Position numbers and translations under genes: made by a program
Assembly: GCA_963666285.1 (NCBI GenBank)
Contig: OY762711.1
Length of the DNA stretch: 64,000 bases
Origin: Sedimentisphaerales bacterium
GTDB lineage: Bacteria; Planctomycetota; Phycisphaerae; Sedimentisphaerales; SM23-30
Reading direction: 5' to 3' (one strand)
Shown here: one piece after another, positions 10,255 through 21,040 of the stretch
How positions within the stretch are numbered: the stretch's first letter is position 1
How the letters are laid out: the number at the start of each line of letters is the position of its first letter
The notes under the pieces: generated by a model
Database searches by the model: none
Told to the model about the DNA's origin: nothing
Seen by the model: only the letters and a program-made list of their open reading frames with translations

Positions 10255-10887
10255 ATGGAAGATAATAGCCAGGAAAAAATCTGGTTTTATGCCAAGCGAT
10301 ATGGTTTTGGTTGGGGTATGCCGGCCAGCTGGGAAGGCTGGATCGTTCTTATCACGTATATGGCTATCCTTATAGGCGGTGTTTTTGTTATTCCAATGAT
10401 GTATTATGCGATAGCGGCTGTTTGTGCTACCTTAATGCTGTTTTTGATATTATTCTGGAAAGGCGAAAAACTGCAGTGGCGCTTTGGCAAAAATGACCAG
10501 TTTTCTCCAAAGCAGATAAAGGTATTTTCTCTGCTGGTTCATCTTCTATTGAGCCCGTTGATTTTAACATTGGGTATTTGGCTATATTGCAACCCGCCTC
10601 AGGACATAGGTAATCTTGGTTATCGCACTCCAACATCGATGCAGAACGATGTTATGTGGGATGAAGCTCAGGTTTACAGCTCAAAAGTTATGATAATTGC
10701 AGCTTCAATTTCATTGCTTATCCAGATAATAAGTTATTTTTCAATGAAACCGGAGATGTCACTGCTTGTCTCTGTAGTTGGAATGGTTCTGGCTATTGTG
10801 CTGGTCATACCATTAACAGAGCTGCATTTGCAGAATTATGAGTTAAAAATTAACCCAGGTTTACAGTTGGAGTTGGTGGATCCGTAA
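10255..10887 (+). CDS. Membrane protein with a C-terminal SdpI/YhfL-like domain
   Basis: About 5 TM segments; GYRTPTSMQNDVMWDEAQ SdpI-like motif; N-terminal WFYAKRYGFGW...SWEGW module. Confidence 0.7.
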   Translation: MEDNSQEKIWFYAKRYGFGWGMPASWEGWIVLITYMAILIGGVFVIPMMYYAIAAVCATLMLFLILFWKGEKLQWRFGKNDQFSPKQIKVFSLLVHLLLSPLILTLGIWLYCNPPQDIGNLGYRTPTSMQNDVMWDEAQVYSSKVMIIAASISLLIQIISYFSMKPEMSLLVSVVGMVLAIVLVIPLTELHLQNYELKINPGLQLELVDP

Positions 10888-11128
10888 AAAAAAGTTTATT
10901 TGTCTTGTTTCTGCAAATGGTTTCATTGTAAAGGTTTAAGTCGTGGTGTTTGTTGTGTGTGGGTGTTCTGTTTGGTTGTGTGCTTCTAGAAAATTCTTAT
11001 AAATTTGTATCTTTACTTCTCTTTTGCTATAATGACATGACAAAAATTGTTGTGCCAAAAGGGCATGGTATTAAAGAGAATTACCGGTTTCGTATTGCAT
11101 GAGATTGGTTGAAGAATTGGAGATAATA

Positions 11129-12043
11129 ATGAGAAGTGGCAAAAAGGGTTTATATTCGATTTTAGCTGCATTGGTTTTAAGCTTTGTAGTTTCTGTTCAG
11201 GCTGATTTTACAGATTATAATATGGTAGTTTTCGGTGACTTTTCCGGCGTCGGTAATGCTCATATTCACGGTAGTGCAGTGATTGGTGGTTCCATAAGCA
11301 GCAGCTTCCTTGAGGTTGGCAGCGATCTTGACCGTGCTACAACCGATACTACTTTGCTGGTTGGCGGTGATATTGATTCGTCAGCATTTGTTCGTTTGTT
11401 TGCCGGTAACGCGGCAGTGAATGGCAGCGGGGCAGTTGACTTGCAGGGCAGCAGCTCACCTTCTGTAACTTATGGGTCAAGTGTTGTCGATACTATCAAT
11501 GCCTTGAAAGCCGAGATTGATAGCGTCTCTACATATCTCGGTGGTATCGACGGAACTGATTTATCTGGCACAGGGCTGTCAAATATCAATACGGCGGGAA
11601 TGGGTGACTTTGTTGTCTTTGATATAAACGGCAGCGATCTTGCAAGCGTTGCAAATCTGAATTTAATTGCCGATTCATCTCAGACAATTATTTTTAACGT
11701 TTATGGCGACACGATCAACTTTACATCTCATTTGTTAGGCGGCTTTGCCAACAGCCCAAGCTACCCGCAGAATATTATGTGGAACTTTGTTGACGCCACT
11801 GTAGTAAACATAGCTAATAATAAAATGGTGGGTTCTGTTATCGCCCAGTACGCGGCAGTATCAAATATTAATGACTTTGACGGCAGCGTTTATGTAAACA
11901 GTATTACCAAAGTCGGTCAGATTCATCTGCCGCTGTTTGACGGCGATATACCAACTCCGACAGTACCGGCACCATCAGCTGTTCTTCTTGCGTCCGGCGG
12001 CATTGTAGTAGTAGGGCGTTTGCGTAGAAGATTTACGGTTTAA
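11129..12043 (+). CDS. Choice-of-anchor A domain protein with a PEP-CTERM-like (VPAP) tail
   Basis: Signal peptide; DYNMVVFGD, VVFDING, IMWNFVDAT, GSVIAQYA, QIHLPLFDG; VPAP-TM-RLRRR tail. Confidence 0.85.
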   Translation: MRSGKKGLYSILAALVLSFVVSVQADFTDYNMVVFGDFSGVGNAHIHGSAVIGGSISSSFLEVGSDLDRATTDTTLLVGGDIDSSAFVRLFAGNAAVNGSGAVDLQGSSSPSVTYGSSVVDTINALKAEIDSVSTYLGGIDGTDLSGTGLSNINTAGMGDFVVFDINGSDLASVANLNLIADSSQTIIFNVYGDTINFTSHLLGGFANSPSYPQNIMWNFVDATVVNIANNKMVGSVIAQYAAVSNINDFDGSVYVNSITKVGQIHLPLFDGDIPTPTVPAPSAVLLASGGIVVVGRLRRRFTV

Positions 12044-12072
12044 TAATACAACAATATACCTTTCAAAAACTT

Positions 12073-12115
12073 AGGGATAAGAAGTCTGTCAAACAGCATT
12101 TCTTATCCCTTTTTT
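12073..12115. terminator. Terminator between convergent genes
   Basis: AGGGATAAGAA...TTCTTATCCCT stem plus T run. Confidence 0.65.
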
Positions 12116-12146
12116 AGTTTGAGTTCTGGTATCTAAATTTGGCAGA

Positions 12147-14249
12147 TCATTTCCCAGCCAGCCAGTTTGCTGCAAGTGTCTGTAGGTCGGTGATAGTATA
12201 TTCCTCCATCCAGCCATCCGCCAGCAGGGCAGTATCAGCCATATCCACTCCATAGCTGCCCGCCACATCGCCGGGGATATCACGCTGCCAATAAAGCATC
12301 GGGTATCCGGTCGCAGCATAAGGCATATGCCAGACATCGTCTGTACCGTTGGTGGTTTCAGAGTTAAAATCCCACCCGGCATCTGTGAAGGTGGATTGCA
12401 TCTGCATCTGGGAGGTGGAGAGGCTGCTAATATCTGTGACGCAATCTTCGCTGGTCGATATGTAGCCTATTGCTTCACTCTGTCCGCTTGTATCAATATC
12501 ACAAAAACAGTTTGTAACGATGTTGTGATTTTCGGCAAGAAAACTACCTGCACGTATGTTGCTGTTTTCTTCAAAATATACTTGTCCAATGGAAAAACAC
12601 TGGTTAATAGTGCTAGTGTTATCTGCACAAAAACCACCAGCTGCTCCCCAATCACTATAGGTTGATACATTCGTATAACATTGAGAAACTGTGCCATTAT
12701 TTTCACTAATTAAACCGCCAACTTTAGATTGGGTTCCTGAAATTGAGCCTTCTGCATAACATTGGCTAATTATTCCCATATTTGTACCGGCTAAGCTGCC
12801 TGTATTGTAATATCCATTAATAGATACGTTTTTTAAGCCAAGATTGCTTACTATGGCTTCATCTCCAATGCAGCTAAATAGTCCGGCATATATTGCCCCG
12901 GTGATACATAAATTTTCTATAGTATGTCCATTTCCATTAAAGGATCCTGTAAACTTTTTACCATGGCCAATAACTGGGTATTCAAAAGAAATACCAGATA
13001 AATCTATGTCATTCACAATAGAAAAATGTTTATCCCAATCTGTTACACGATGTGAAAGGCAGCATATATCTTCTGCATTACCTATCAGGAAAGGTGTCGA
13101 CTCTGTGCCGGAACCGGCGTATGTACGGTTAGGATAAGCAGTGTTTATAGTTGTGCCGGATGAAGTTTCCCAGGCAAGACGTGGGTAGTCGTTATTTTCA
13201 TCAATTATCCAGCTTCCGTCAATCCATCCCAAAAAACTTGCAGCCTGTTTCATTTGTTCATCTGTAAGTGGCCACCCTCCAAGTCCGCTTCCAACTTCGC
13301 ATATATCTTTATTGTAGTAGCAATCAATGATTTGACTATTGTTGAAGAAACTGGTTAAACCGCTTATTCCCCCAGTTATAAAATTTGTACATTCAACAGG
13401 TCCGTTTGCGTAACATTGAGAAATCGTACCGTTAAAATTACCTCCACACAGGCCTCCTGCAAAATAAATTCCTGATACGGAGCTTTCTGAATAAGATAAT
13501 AATATATTGCCGCCATCAGTCAAATGATTCCCTGTATTTGAACCACATAGGCCGCCAATATAATAATTACCAGTGACTGAGCCTTTGGCGATGCATTGTT
13601 CAATGACACCCTCAGTATTCGACCCACATAGGCCGCCAATAGATGTTGATTCAGGGCCATACACGGTGCAATCAGAAATACATTTATAGATACGGCCATA
13701 ATTTTGACCGCACAAACCGCCAATCAAGGTACTACTGTGGCTGTCGCTATATACATTTCCTTTTACCTGACATTGAATGATATTACCTCTATTAACACCA
13801 CATAAAAGACCGGCGTAACGTTGTGAGTTGACATAGCCGGTGTCTATTGATAAGTTAGATACAATTCCGCTTTCGCCTATGCAGCCAAATAGTCCGGAAT
13901 AATAAGAACTATATATACCGAAATATGAAACTGTGTGTCCGTTTCCATTAAAAGAGCCGTTAAATTCTATTCCGTCAAAACTAATATCTGCAACGGTATC
14001 TGCAGCAATATAAGTAGTGTGAAAACCATTTATATCAGTTGGCAGTTCAATATCCTCTGTAAGTACGAAATATTTATCATAATCATCTGTATTTTCACCT
14101 AGTGTTATTATGTCTTCACCAGTTGAGATGTGATAAGGATCTTCCTCTGTACCTGAGCCGCCGGAATAGGTTGCGGCAGATGTAGAGTTGTTTAGGTAAC
14201 CAATTGAAAAAATAGTTGTTATTAACGATATAAATAATAATCGACCCAT
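12147..14249 (-). CDS. Secreted GLUG-motif protein with a dockerin-like C-terminal module
   Basis: Signal peptide; GSGTEEDPY, FNGNGH and repeated GGLCG.N motifs in two modules; tail DIPGDVAGSYGVDMAD...LAANWLAGK. Confidence 0.88.
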   Translation of the reverse strand: MGRLLFISLITTIFSIGYLNNSTSAATYSGGSGTEEDPYHISTGEDIITLGENTDDYDKYFVLTEDIELPTDINGFHTTYIAADTVADISFDGIEFNGSFNGNGHTVSYFGIYSSYYSGLFGCIGESGIVSNLSIDTGYVNSQRYAGLLCGVNRGNIIQCQVKGNVYSDSHSSTLIGGLCGQNYGRIYKCISDCTVYGPESTSIGGLCGSNTEGVIEQCIAKGSVTGNYYIGGLCGSNTGNHLTDGGNILLSYSESSVSGIYFAGGLCGGNFNGTISQCYANGPVECTNFITGGISGLTSFFNNSQIIDCYYNKDICEVGSGLGGWPLTDEQMKQAASFLGWIDGSWIIDENNDYPRLAWETSSGTTINTAYPNRTYAGSGTESTPFLIGNAEDICCLSHRVTDWDKHFSIVNDIDLSGISFEYPVIGHGKKFTGSFNGNGHTIENLCITGAIYAGLFSCIGDEAIVSNLGLKNVSINGYYNTGSLAGTNMGIISQCYAEGSISGTQSKVGGLISENNGTVSQCYTNVSTYSDWGAAGGFCADNTSTINQCFSIGQVYFEENSNIRAGSFLAENHNIVTNCFCDIDTSGQSEAIGYISTSEDCVTDISSLSTSQMQMQSTFTDAGWDFNSETTNGTDDVWHMPYAATGYPMLYWQRDIPGDVAGSYGVDMADTALLADGWMEEYTITDLQTLAANWLAGK

Positions 14250-14473
14250 GTTTTTCTCCGTAATGATTTCCTAACATATTTCCAGGCAATAAGTTATACT
14301 TTAATTTATATGCTGGGAAATGTGAGTTGATCCAATTTCCCGGCCAACAATTAATCCATCAAATACCAGCTAATCATAATACCAGATAAGATAGCATTTA
14401 CCAAAGAAATATTTTCCTGAATTTTAGGTCGCATATTTCCCTAAGTATTATATATCTTAGCTTTTGATGTATC

Positions 14474-15868
14474 TTAGTGATTCGAGACTTCCTGCCAGTT
14501 GTCGGCGATCTCCTCGAAATCAGTCAGGTCAACGTTTCCGCTGCTGTTTTGGTCAGCCCCGCTGCAATCTCCGCAATTGTCGGCCAGCCAGTTTGTAGCC
14601 ATGCAGTTCAGATCGGCCATATCAACCACGCCGTCAATTATACAATCGCCCGGCAGCCACTCAAACGCTCCCAGGTCGGGGGCGGTCTGAATATATTCCA
14701 ATCCGACATCAACACCCGCATTTACCATCCTACTGCCGGCAGTAGGCCTTAGAAAGCTCAGTCTCGGCAGGTTGCCATATTCGTCACGCTGTCCGACTAT
14801 GCCGGTAACGTCCAGGCTTGCTATATCGCTGCTTGATATAGAAAAACCGTTCCATGAATTATTCTCATCATCAATTTCGGCATAAATATTTTCTCCGGCC
14901 AGGTATGACAGGTTGTTACGCAATACATGGGCGGAATTATGCTCGTCGAAATAGTAGTTAGTGCTGCCGTTATCGACCGAAGTGCAGTTATATACATGTA
15001 CGCCTGTCGTATTGCCGTTCACATCTATGCCGTGATGCGGGTTATTATAGGCAATGCAGTTTATCAGCAGATGTGCACCGGCCCCGGCACCCAGTTTGAA
15101 TCCGTTACCGTCACCGGCGAAATTACTGTCTTCCCACCGGTTGATACCATTGTTTATCGCCCAGCAATGGTCGAAAGTAACCGATTCGCTAGGCGGGTAG
15201 GTGTTCCAGCAGTCATAACCGTCATCGGAATTGGCCCATGACCGGCAGTTTCGCAGAATATTACCAGTTCCCAGCCCGAACTTTGTCGCAAACCCATCGG
15301 CATTCTCGCCGTGGTTACCCGGATCATAGTTCCAGTATGAGTCACAGTTAAGGATAAGATTTTCGGCCGCACCGGTATGCAGCTGGATACCCGAATCTTC
15401 ATTATACCTGGCGATTATCCGCTCGACTATGTTATTAGTGCCGCTGACGTAAAGGCCGTTATCACCGGCATACTGGATAATGAAATTGTCCATGTGCCAG
15501 TAACTGCCGGTCAGCTCAATGCCGCGTGTGCCGGTTGAGGTTGCGGTAAAGTCAAGGATAACTTCTTCCGATTCATATGCTGCCATGGTTATCATATTAC
15601 CGGCCGAGCCGCTGGTTGATAGCTTTACCTTGCTGCTGTAGTTATGTTGGCCGCCGCGAAGGTAGATCGTATCGCCGCCGGTTGCTGATTTAACAGCTTT
15701 GCCGATAGTAGCATAGGGCGAGCTTAAGCTGCCGCTGTTGCTGTCGCTGCCTGTTGGGCTGACAAAATATGTTGCCGCGCAAACAGGGCGAATTGCTCCC
15801 ATGACTGCGATTGTCAAGGCGATTATACAGATACCGGGTAGAATTCTTTTCCTTTTCATAGCCGACAT
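14474..15868 (-). CDS. Family 9 polysaccharide (pectate) lyase, beta-helix fold, with C-terminal dockerin-like domain
   Basis: YFVSPTGSDSNSG, NADGFATK, NSDDGYD and GDGNGFKLG motifs; duplicated D..G.VD..D...A.NW tail. Confidence 0.85.
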   Translation of the reverse strand: MSAMKRKRILPGICIIALTIAVMGAIRPVCAATYFVSPTGSDSNSGSLSSPYATIGKAVKSATGGDTIYLRGGQHNYSSKVKLSTSGSAGNMITMAAYESEEVILDFTATSTGTRGIELTGSYWHMDNFIIQYAGDNGLYVSGTNNIVERIIARYNEDSGIQLHTGAAENLILNCDSYWNYDPGNHGENADGFATKFGLGTGNILRNCRSWANSDDGYDCWNTYPPSESVTFDHCWAINNGINRWEDSNFAGDGNGFKLGAGAGAHLLINCIAYNNPHHGIDVNGNTTGVHVYNCTSVDNGSTNYYFDEHNSAHVLRNNLSYLAGENIYAEIDDENNSWNGFSISSSDIASLDVTGIVGQRDEYGNLPRLSFLRPTAGSRMVNAGVDVGLEYIQTAPDLGAFEWLPGDCIIDGVVDMADLNCMATNWLADNCGDCSGADQNSSGNVDLTDFEEIADNWQEVSNH

Positions 15869-15975
15869 GGCCTCCTCCTAAAATTTCAAAAAGCTGAACA
15901 ACTCAAAGTACGCCTGAAAAGAAACCAGGAACGATCGTACTGGTGATTCAGAAATAACACCTTTCGATAAAATAA

Positions 15976-16004
15976 ATTATAGCAAATCAGCTATGTCGAG
16001 TCAA
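15976..16004 (-). promoter_or_regulatory. sigma70-type promoter for the PL9 gene
   Basis: TTGACT-N17-TATAAT on the minus strand. Confidence 0.6.
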
Positions 16005-16339
16005 TATAGTCCGCGATATACTATCTTCTTGATTAAATCCATATTTAAACCGTTAAATTGCTCAAATTATATTAAATAATCACTATTAAAAAGTTCATCC
16101 TGCTGTTTAATTCCAGGTGTAAAATCTGTTTGAAAGTCAGACTGATAATAAAAATGTGCGATTTTTGTGCTAAAATCGCCTTTTTATGAAATCTGTAATT
16201 AACTTGATAAAGTGACTATGAGTCTGATATAATCAATTGACTTATTTTTATAAAATGAGTGTTTGTCGAGATACGTATTTTTTTTCAAAAATTCGGCATC
16301 ATAGTGTTTTAAGTGCAGAAATATTTACGGAAAGAGATT

Positions 16340-17746
16340 ATGACTAGAATTTCGATGCTGATTGGCTGTTTGTGTTTTTGTATTACCACTTTTACTTTTG
16401 CAGCAGGAGGAGACCTGGGTTTAAGTAAAGGAGCAAATGGTACTGATACCGCACCCTGGCTGATCGAAGATTTTGATGATTTCCAAGCGTTTTGCAATGA
16501 TACGAGCAAATGGTCCGGTGGTGTCTATACCCGCCTGGAAGCAGATCTCGATCTTGATCCGGCTTTACCCGGCAGGGCAGTTTATATTAAAGCTCCGATA
16601 GCCGGTGATGCAGACGAATCCAATTTTTACGATGGAATATCTTATGCCGGTGTATTTGACGGTAGCGGTCATGTTATTAGTAACTGTCAGATTGATGGCG
16701 GTGATTATTGCGGGCTGTTTGGCCGGATAGTATCAGGTAGTGAAATAAGTAATGTCAGGGTGGAAAATGCTGCCGTTACCGGCTCAGGTGAGTATATTGG
16801 CGGTCTGGCAGGTGAGAATAATTATGGTTCTGTAAGCTCGTGTTATTTTACTGGTTCCACTCATGGTTTTATTGGCACCGGCGGTTTGGTGGGAAGAAAC
16901 TATGGCAGTGTCATTGATTGTTTTTCTTCCGGTTCTGTGCAAAGCAGCTTTATGGCTGGTGGCCTTTTGGGTTTAAATTCCGGCAATGTTAGCAGCAGTA
17001 ATTCCTCATGCGATGTTTCAGGTGCCGATGTTGTTGGTGGATTGGTAGGTAAAAATTTCGCTGATATTAGTGAATGTTATTCATCCGGTTCTGTTATTGG
17101 TTCAGGCGATTATGCCGGCGGGTTAGTTGGCGTAAATGATTCTGGCAATATCAGCGTTTGTTATTCCAGTGGTTCGGTGCAGGGTGTCAATCAAGTTGGC
17201 GGCCTGGTTGGTGGAAACTCCGGTACTGTCAGTAATTGCTATTCTACATCCTCTTCCGATGGTAGTGATGATGTAGGAGGGCTGGTAGGTGAAAATTATT
17301 TCGGCACTGTCAGCTATTGTTATTCTACTGGTATTGTATCAGAAAATGGTGTTTACGGCGGTCTGGTAGGTATAAATTCAGGTAGTGTCAGCAACAGCTT
17401 CTGGGATATCGACTCCTCTGGCATTCTTGATCCGGAAGCAGGTGTTAGTGATACCGACGGTATGATTGGCAAAACAACAGCCGAACTTCAAACTGAATCT
17501 ACTTTTACCGAGGCCGGCTGGGATTTTGTGGTTGAAACTGTTAACGGAAGCGAAGACCTTTGGCGTATGCCGTATTTGATGCCGGGCTACCCGATATTAT
17601 CCTGGCAGAAAGATATTCCGGGCGATTTCGCTGGCGACTATTGCGTTGACCTTTTTGATGCCGAGGTACTCTCCGCCGATTGGCTGAATGTGTATGATTT
17701 TTCCGACCTGATCGATTTGACAGCTAACTGGCTGGCCGGGAAATAA
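16340..17746 (+). CDS. Secreted GLUG-motif protein with a dockerin-like C-terminal module
   Basis: Signal peptide; about 8 GG(L)(V/A)G.N repeats; tail WQKDIPGDFAGDYCVDLFD...LTANWLAGK. Confidence 0.88.
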   Translation: MTRISMLIGCLCFCITTFTFAAGGDLGLSKGANGTDTAPWLIEDFDDFQAFCNDTSKWSGGVYTRLEADLDLDPALPGRAVYIKAPIAGDADESNFYDGISYAGVFDGSGHVISNCQIDGGDYCGLFGRIVSGSEISNVRVENAAVTGSGEYIGGLAGENNYGSVSSCYFTGSTHGFIGTGGLVGRNYGSVIDCFSSGSVQSSFMAGGLLGLNSGNVSSSNSSCDVSGADVVGGLVGKNFADISECYSSGSVIGSGDYAGGLVGVNDSGNISVCYSSGSVQGVNQVGGLVGGNSGTVSNCYSTSSSDGSDDVGGLVGENYFGTVSYCYSTGIVSENGVYGGLVGINSGSVSNSFWDIDSSGILDPEAGVSDTDGMIGKTTAELQTESTFTEAGWDFVVETVNGSEDLWRMPYLMPGYPILSWQKDIPGDFAGDYCVDLFDAEVLSADWLNVYDFSDLIDLTANWLAGK

Positions 17747-17808
17747 AACAATTGTTCTTTGTGATGTTTATCTTTTAGAAATTTGAGTTATTAAAATTGG
17801 AGTTGAAA

Positions 17809-18588
17809 ATGAAAAAAATTATGGTTTGGGCAGTTTTGGTATTGCTGCAGCAAATATCCTCTGCTGCTGTCTGGGTAGAAGGTGGTATAATAAAATCCAA
17901 TTCGTCTGGACCGCTTGATTTGTATATCGGCTATACCCCTGAGTGCCGTGGAGATAAGTCTGGTTCATGGTTATACCCTCTCGATAGCTTAATAGAAAGT
18001 CTTCCTGATGACGCAGAAATAACACAAGTCAAATCTTCGATGTATTCATGTTTCTATCATCTTACATCGCCCACGGGAGATGGAGTATTAAAATTGCCGG
18101 GTGAAGGGTTTTCTACTCTATACGAATTATGTCCCGATTCCAGTTATGGGCTTATCGGCACATATGGGGCTTTTCTGGACACATATAAAGTTGTACATGC
18201 TCCTTTAGAATATCAGTTAGGACCGGGCCAGGGTGTTGAATTTATTGGCTATGAATTTATCCATCCATTGAGATCAGGTTTGTGGCAGGTTGGCGATGAT
18301 TTCTGGTTCGAAAGTGAGGATTTCGCTGAAAGATGTTATGATGGCTGGAGTATTGATGGTATTTCGGTTCCGTATAATGTAACGTTTGAATATCTTACTG
18401 AAATTATTGGTCTGGATTATGGCGAACATGAACTGAAATTATATAGAGAGTGGAATGTACAGGTAGGTGATGAATATTGGCCATATGAGGATTATGATAT
18501 TACAGCTATCACTATTGTCCCGGAACCTGTGACATTTTCACTACTGACATTTGGTATTGTAACCGTTATCCACAGGCAGAAATATTGA
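17809..18588 (+). CDS. PEP-CTERM sorting domain protein
   Basis: Signal peptide; VPEP-TM-HRQK C-terminus. Confidence 0.82.
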   Translation: MKKIMVWAVLVLLQQISSAAVWVEGGIIKSNSSGPLDLYIGYTPECRGDKSGSWLYPLDSLIESLPDDAEITQVKSSMYSCFYHLTSPTGDGVLKLPGEGFSTLYELCPDSSYGLIGTYGAFLDTYKVVHAPLEYQLGPGQGVEFIGYEFIHPLRSGLWQVGDDFWFESEDFAERCYDGWSIDGISVPYNVTFEYLTEIIGLDYGEHELKLYREWNVQVGDEYWPYEDYDITAITIVPEPVTFSLLTFGIVTVIHRQKY

Positions 18589-18631
18589 ACAGGGTATTTT
18601 CGTTTGTTCTATAAAGACATTACTGATGTTT

Positions 18632-20845
18632 TTACTTTTCGAGTATCGTTCGAATATTCTCCGGGTCTGATATCGGTTCTTTACACTTATAGTCTTCACA
18701 GACATACAGCAGGGGACCATTGTCTGCGGGCTGCTGGTTTTGGGTATATGGTGCGATTGTTTCAATTTCAGAAGGTCCAGCCGGATGCGAAACTAAAACT
18801 TTTCTCGGCAGATATATGCCATGGATAGCCTTGAGCATTTCCTTGGCCCGTTCGCTCTGCCGGTCACCTGCCAGCACTATCTCGGTTGTCGGACCGATAG
18901 CATAATCAGCCGCGCACAAAAAGAAGCTGTATGCCGCCGGTGCCTTGGCAACTTCTCCCGAAAACCCACGCCGCAGCTGTTCGGCATAGTCTTCGTAGCA
19001 GGTATCGCCTGTTATGCGTCCCAGTATCAGCAGGTTCATAAACGCCGCCGAATTGCCCGACGGTATCGCACCATCATATAAGTCCTTCGTACGTGCGATC
19101 AGCTGCTCGCCGTCATCTGCGGTGAAGTAAAAGCCGCCGTTTCGCTCATCCCGGAACTTCTCCAGCATTACCCGGTTAATTGCGATAGCGTCTTTCAGAT
19201 GCTCTATGTCAAATCCTGCCTGGTACAGCTCCAGCAGCCCCCAGACCAGAAACGCATAGTCGTCCAGGTTTCCGTTAAACGCCGCCTGACCATCTCGGTA
19301 CCGATGCAGCAGTAAACCGTCCGGTTTTCTCAGCTTATTCTTGATAAAAGCGGCAGCTTTTGTCGCGGCATTATAATATTCAGGCTCGTTCAATACCGCC
19401 GACCCGCGTGCCAGGGCCGCTATCATAAGTCCGTTCCAGTCGGTAAGTATCTTATCATCCTTATGCGGTCGAAAACGCTTTTCTCGCAGCTCAAAAAGTA
19501 TCCTGCCTGCCTCGGCCAGTTTGCCTTGTATCTCTTCTAGCGGTATATCAAGCTCTCGTGCCGTCTGGTCAACCGATTTTGTCATATGCAGTATATTCCG
19601 GCCAGTCTGCCGACCAGTTGCCTCGTCGTGAAAGTTGCCTTTCGGATGACAGTTATACACATCTATCACCAGCCCGGCCAGATTATCCGGCAGTGCTTCA
19701 TATATCTCCGCCTCAGTCCAGACATAGAACTTGCCTTCTTCGCCTTCGCTGTCGGCATCTTCGCCGCAATAGAACCCGCCCGCCGGGTCCGTAAGGTCTC
19801 GCAGTACATAAGTGAATATCTCGCGGGCGATACCGCCATAATATTCATTGCCGCTTACCTGGTATAGCTCCAGGCAGACAAGTGCTATCATAGCCTGATC
19901 GTAGAGCATCTTTTCGAAATGCGGCAGCAGCCATTTACTATCGGTCGAGTATCTATGGAAACCGCAGCCCAGCTGGTCGAATATGCCGCCTTGACGCATC
20001 TTTGTTATGGTTGTCTCTGCCATTGTCAGCAGTTCCGTGTTACCTGTCCGGTGATACTGCCTCAGCAGAAACAGCAGATTGTGCGGTGTTGGAAACTTCG
20101 GTGATTCGCCAAACCCGCCGTTTACGTTGTCGTACATCTTCGTGAAATGTCCGGCAGCTGTTTCCAGTATTTCCAGGTTAAGCTCGATTACTGGTGTTTG
20201 CGATTGCGGCTGGTTTAGTGCCGCTATAATAGAGGCGGCGGATTTCTCGATCTCTTCCGGTTGCTCCTGACATACCTGCTGAACCTTTGGGATTAGTTCC
20301 AGCATTCCCATTCGTCCCATACGTGATGTCCTGGGTATATATGTTCCGGCAAAAAACGGCTTCTTATCCGGAGTCATAATGATCGTTAACGGCCAGCCGC
20401 CGCTGCCGGTCAGCATAGTACAAACCTTCATATAAACATTGTCTATATCCGGTCGTTCCTCACGGTCAACTTTGATATTGACAAACGACTGGTTCATCAG
20501 TGTTGCTACCGCGGCATCCTCGAACGACTCATGGGCCATCACATGACACCAGTGGCATGTGGAATAGCCTATTGAGAGAAATACCGGCCGGTTCAGTCGC
20601 CTGGCAGTCTCAAAAGCCTCTTCACACCATGGATACCAGTCCACCGGGTTGTCCGCATGTTGCAGCAAATAGGGGCTCTTTTCATTTGTCAGCCGGTTCT
20701 GGCGGCCAGTTTTCGTTACAGTTGAATTGTCAGGTTTATCATGCATAGGTATAGTAAGTGTTATTGCAGCTAACAAGGCCGCAATCAGTATATTTCTGTT
20801 AGTTATATTTGCTCCTGGCCGCATGTTATTGCCCTTTATCGGCAT
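18632..20845 (-). CDS. Thioredoxin-domain / six-hairpin protein (YyaL/DUF255, SPATA20-like)
   Basis: [54 protein letters not shown]. Confidence 0.93.
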   Translation of the reverse strand: MPIKGNNMRPGANITNRNILIAALLAAITLTIPMHDKPDNSTVTKTGRQNRLTNEKSPYLLQHADNPVDWYPWCEEAFETARRLNRPVFLSIGYSTCHWCHVMAHESFEDAAVATLMNQSFVNIKVDREERPDIDNVYMKVCTMLTGSGGWPLTIIMTPDKKPFFAGTYIPRTSRMGRMGMLELIPKVQQVCQEQPEEIEKSAASIIAALNQPQSQTPVIELNLEILETAAGHFTKMYDNVNGGFGESPKFPTPHNLLFLLRQYHRTGNTELLTMAETTITKMRQGGIFDQLGCGFHRYSTDSKWLLPHFEKMLYDQAMIALVCLELYQVSGNEYYGGIAREIFTYVLRDLTDPAGGFYCGEDADSEGEEGKFYVWTEAEIYEALPDNLAGLVIDVYNCHPKGNFHDEATGRQTGRNILHMTKSVDQTARELDIPLEEIQGKLAEAGRILFELREKRFRPHKDDKILTDWNGLMIAALARGSAVLNEPEYYNAATKAAAFIKNKLRKPDGLLLHRYRDGQAAFNGNLDDYAFLVWGLLELYQAGFDIEHLKDAIAINRVMLEKFRDERNGGFYFTADDGEQLIARTKDLYDGAIPSGNSAAFMNLLILGRITGDTCYEDYAEQLRRGFSGEVAKAPAAYSFFLCAADYAIGPTTEIVLAGDRQSERAKEMLKAIHGIYLPRKVLVSHPAGPSEIETIAPYTQNQQPADNGPLLYVCEDYKCKEPISDPENIRTILEK

Positions 20846-21040
20846 ATATCAAAAGACCATATCAGGGTTGGTTGTCAGTTTTATTATAGGTTTGCTCGCA
20901 ATTGATAATCAAATCCGCGGTTTATTTGCTTTTTTTGTAACAAATTGTATTAGTTTGCGTCAATATTATGTATCTTGTATAATGTTTTTATGATTTCAGA
21001 AAAGTTGATGTAATATATTTGCCGGAAGGGGCGTATCGTT

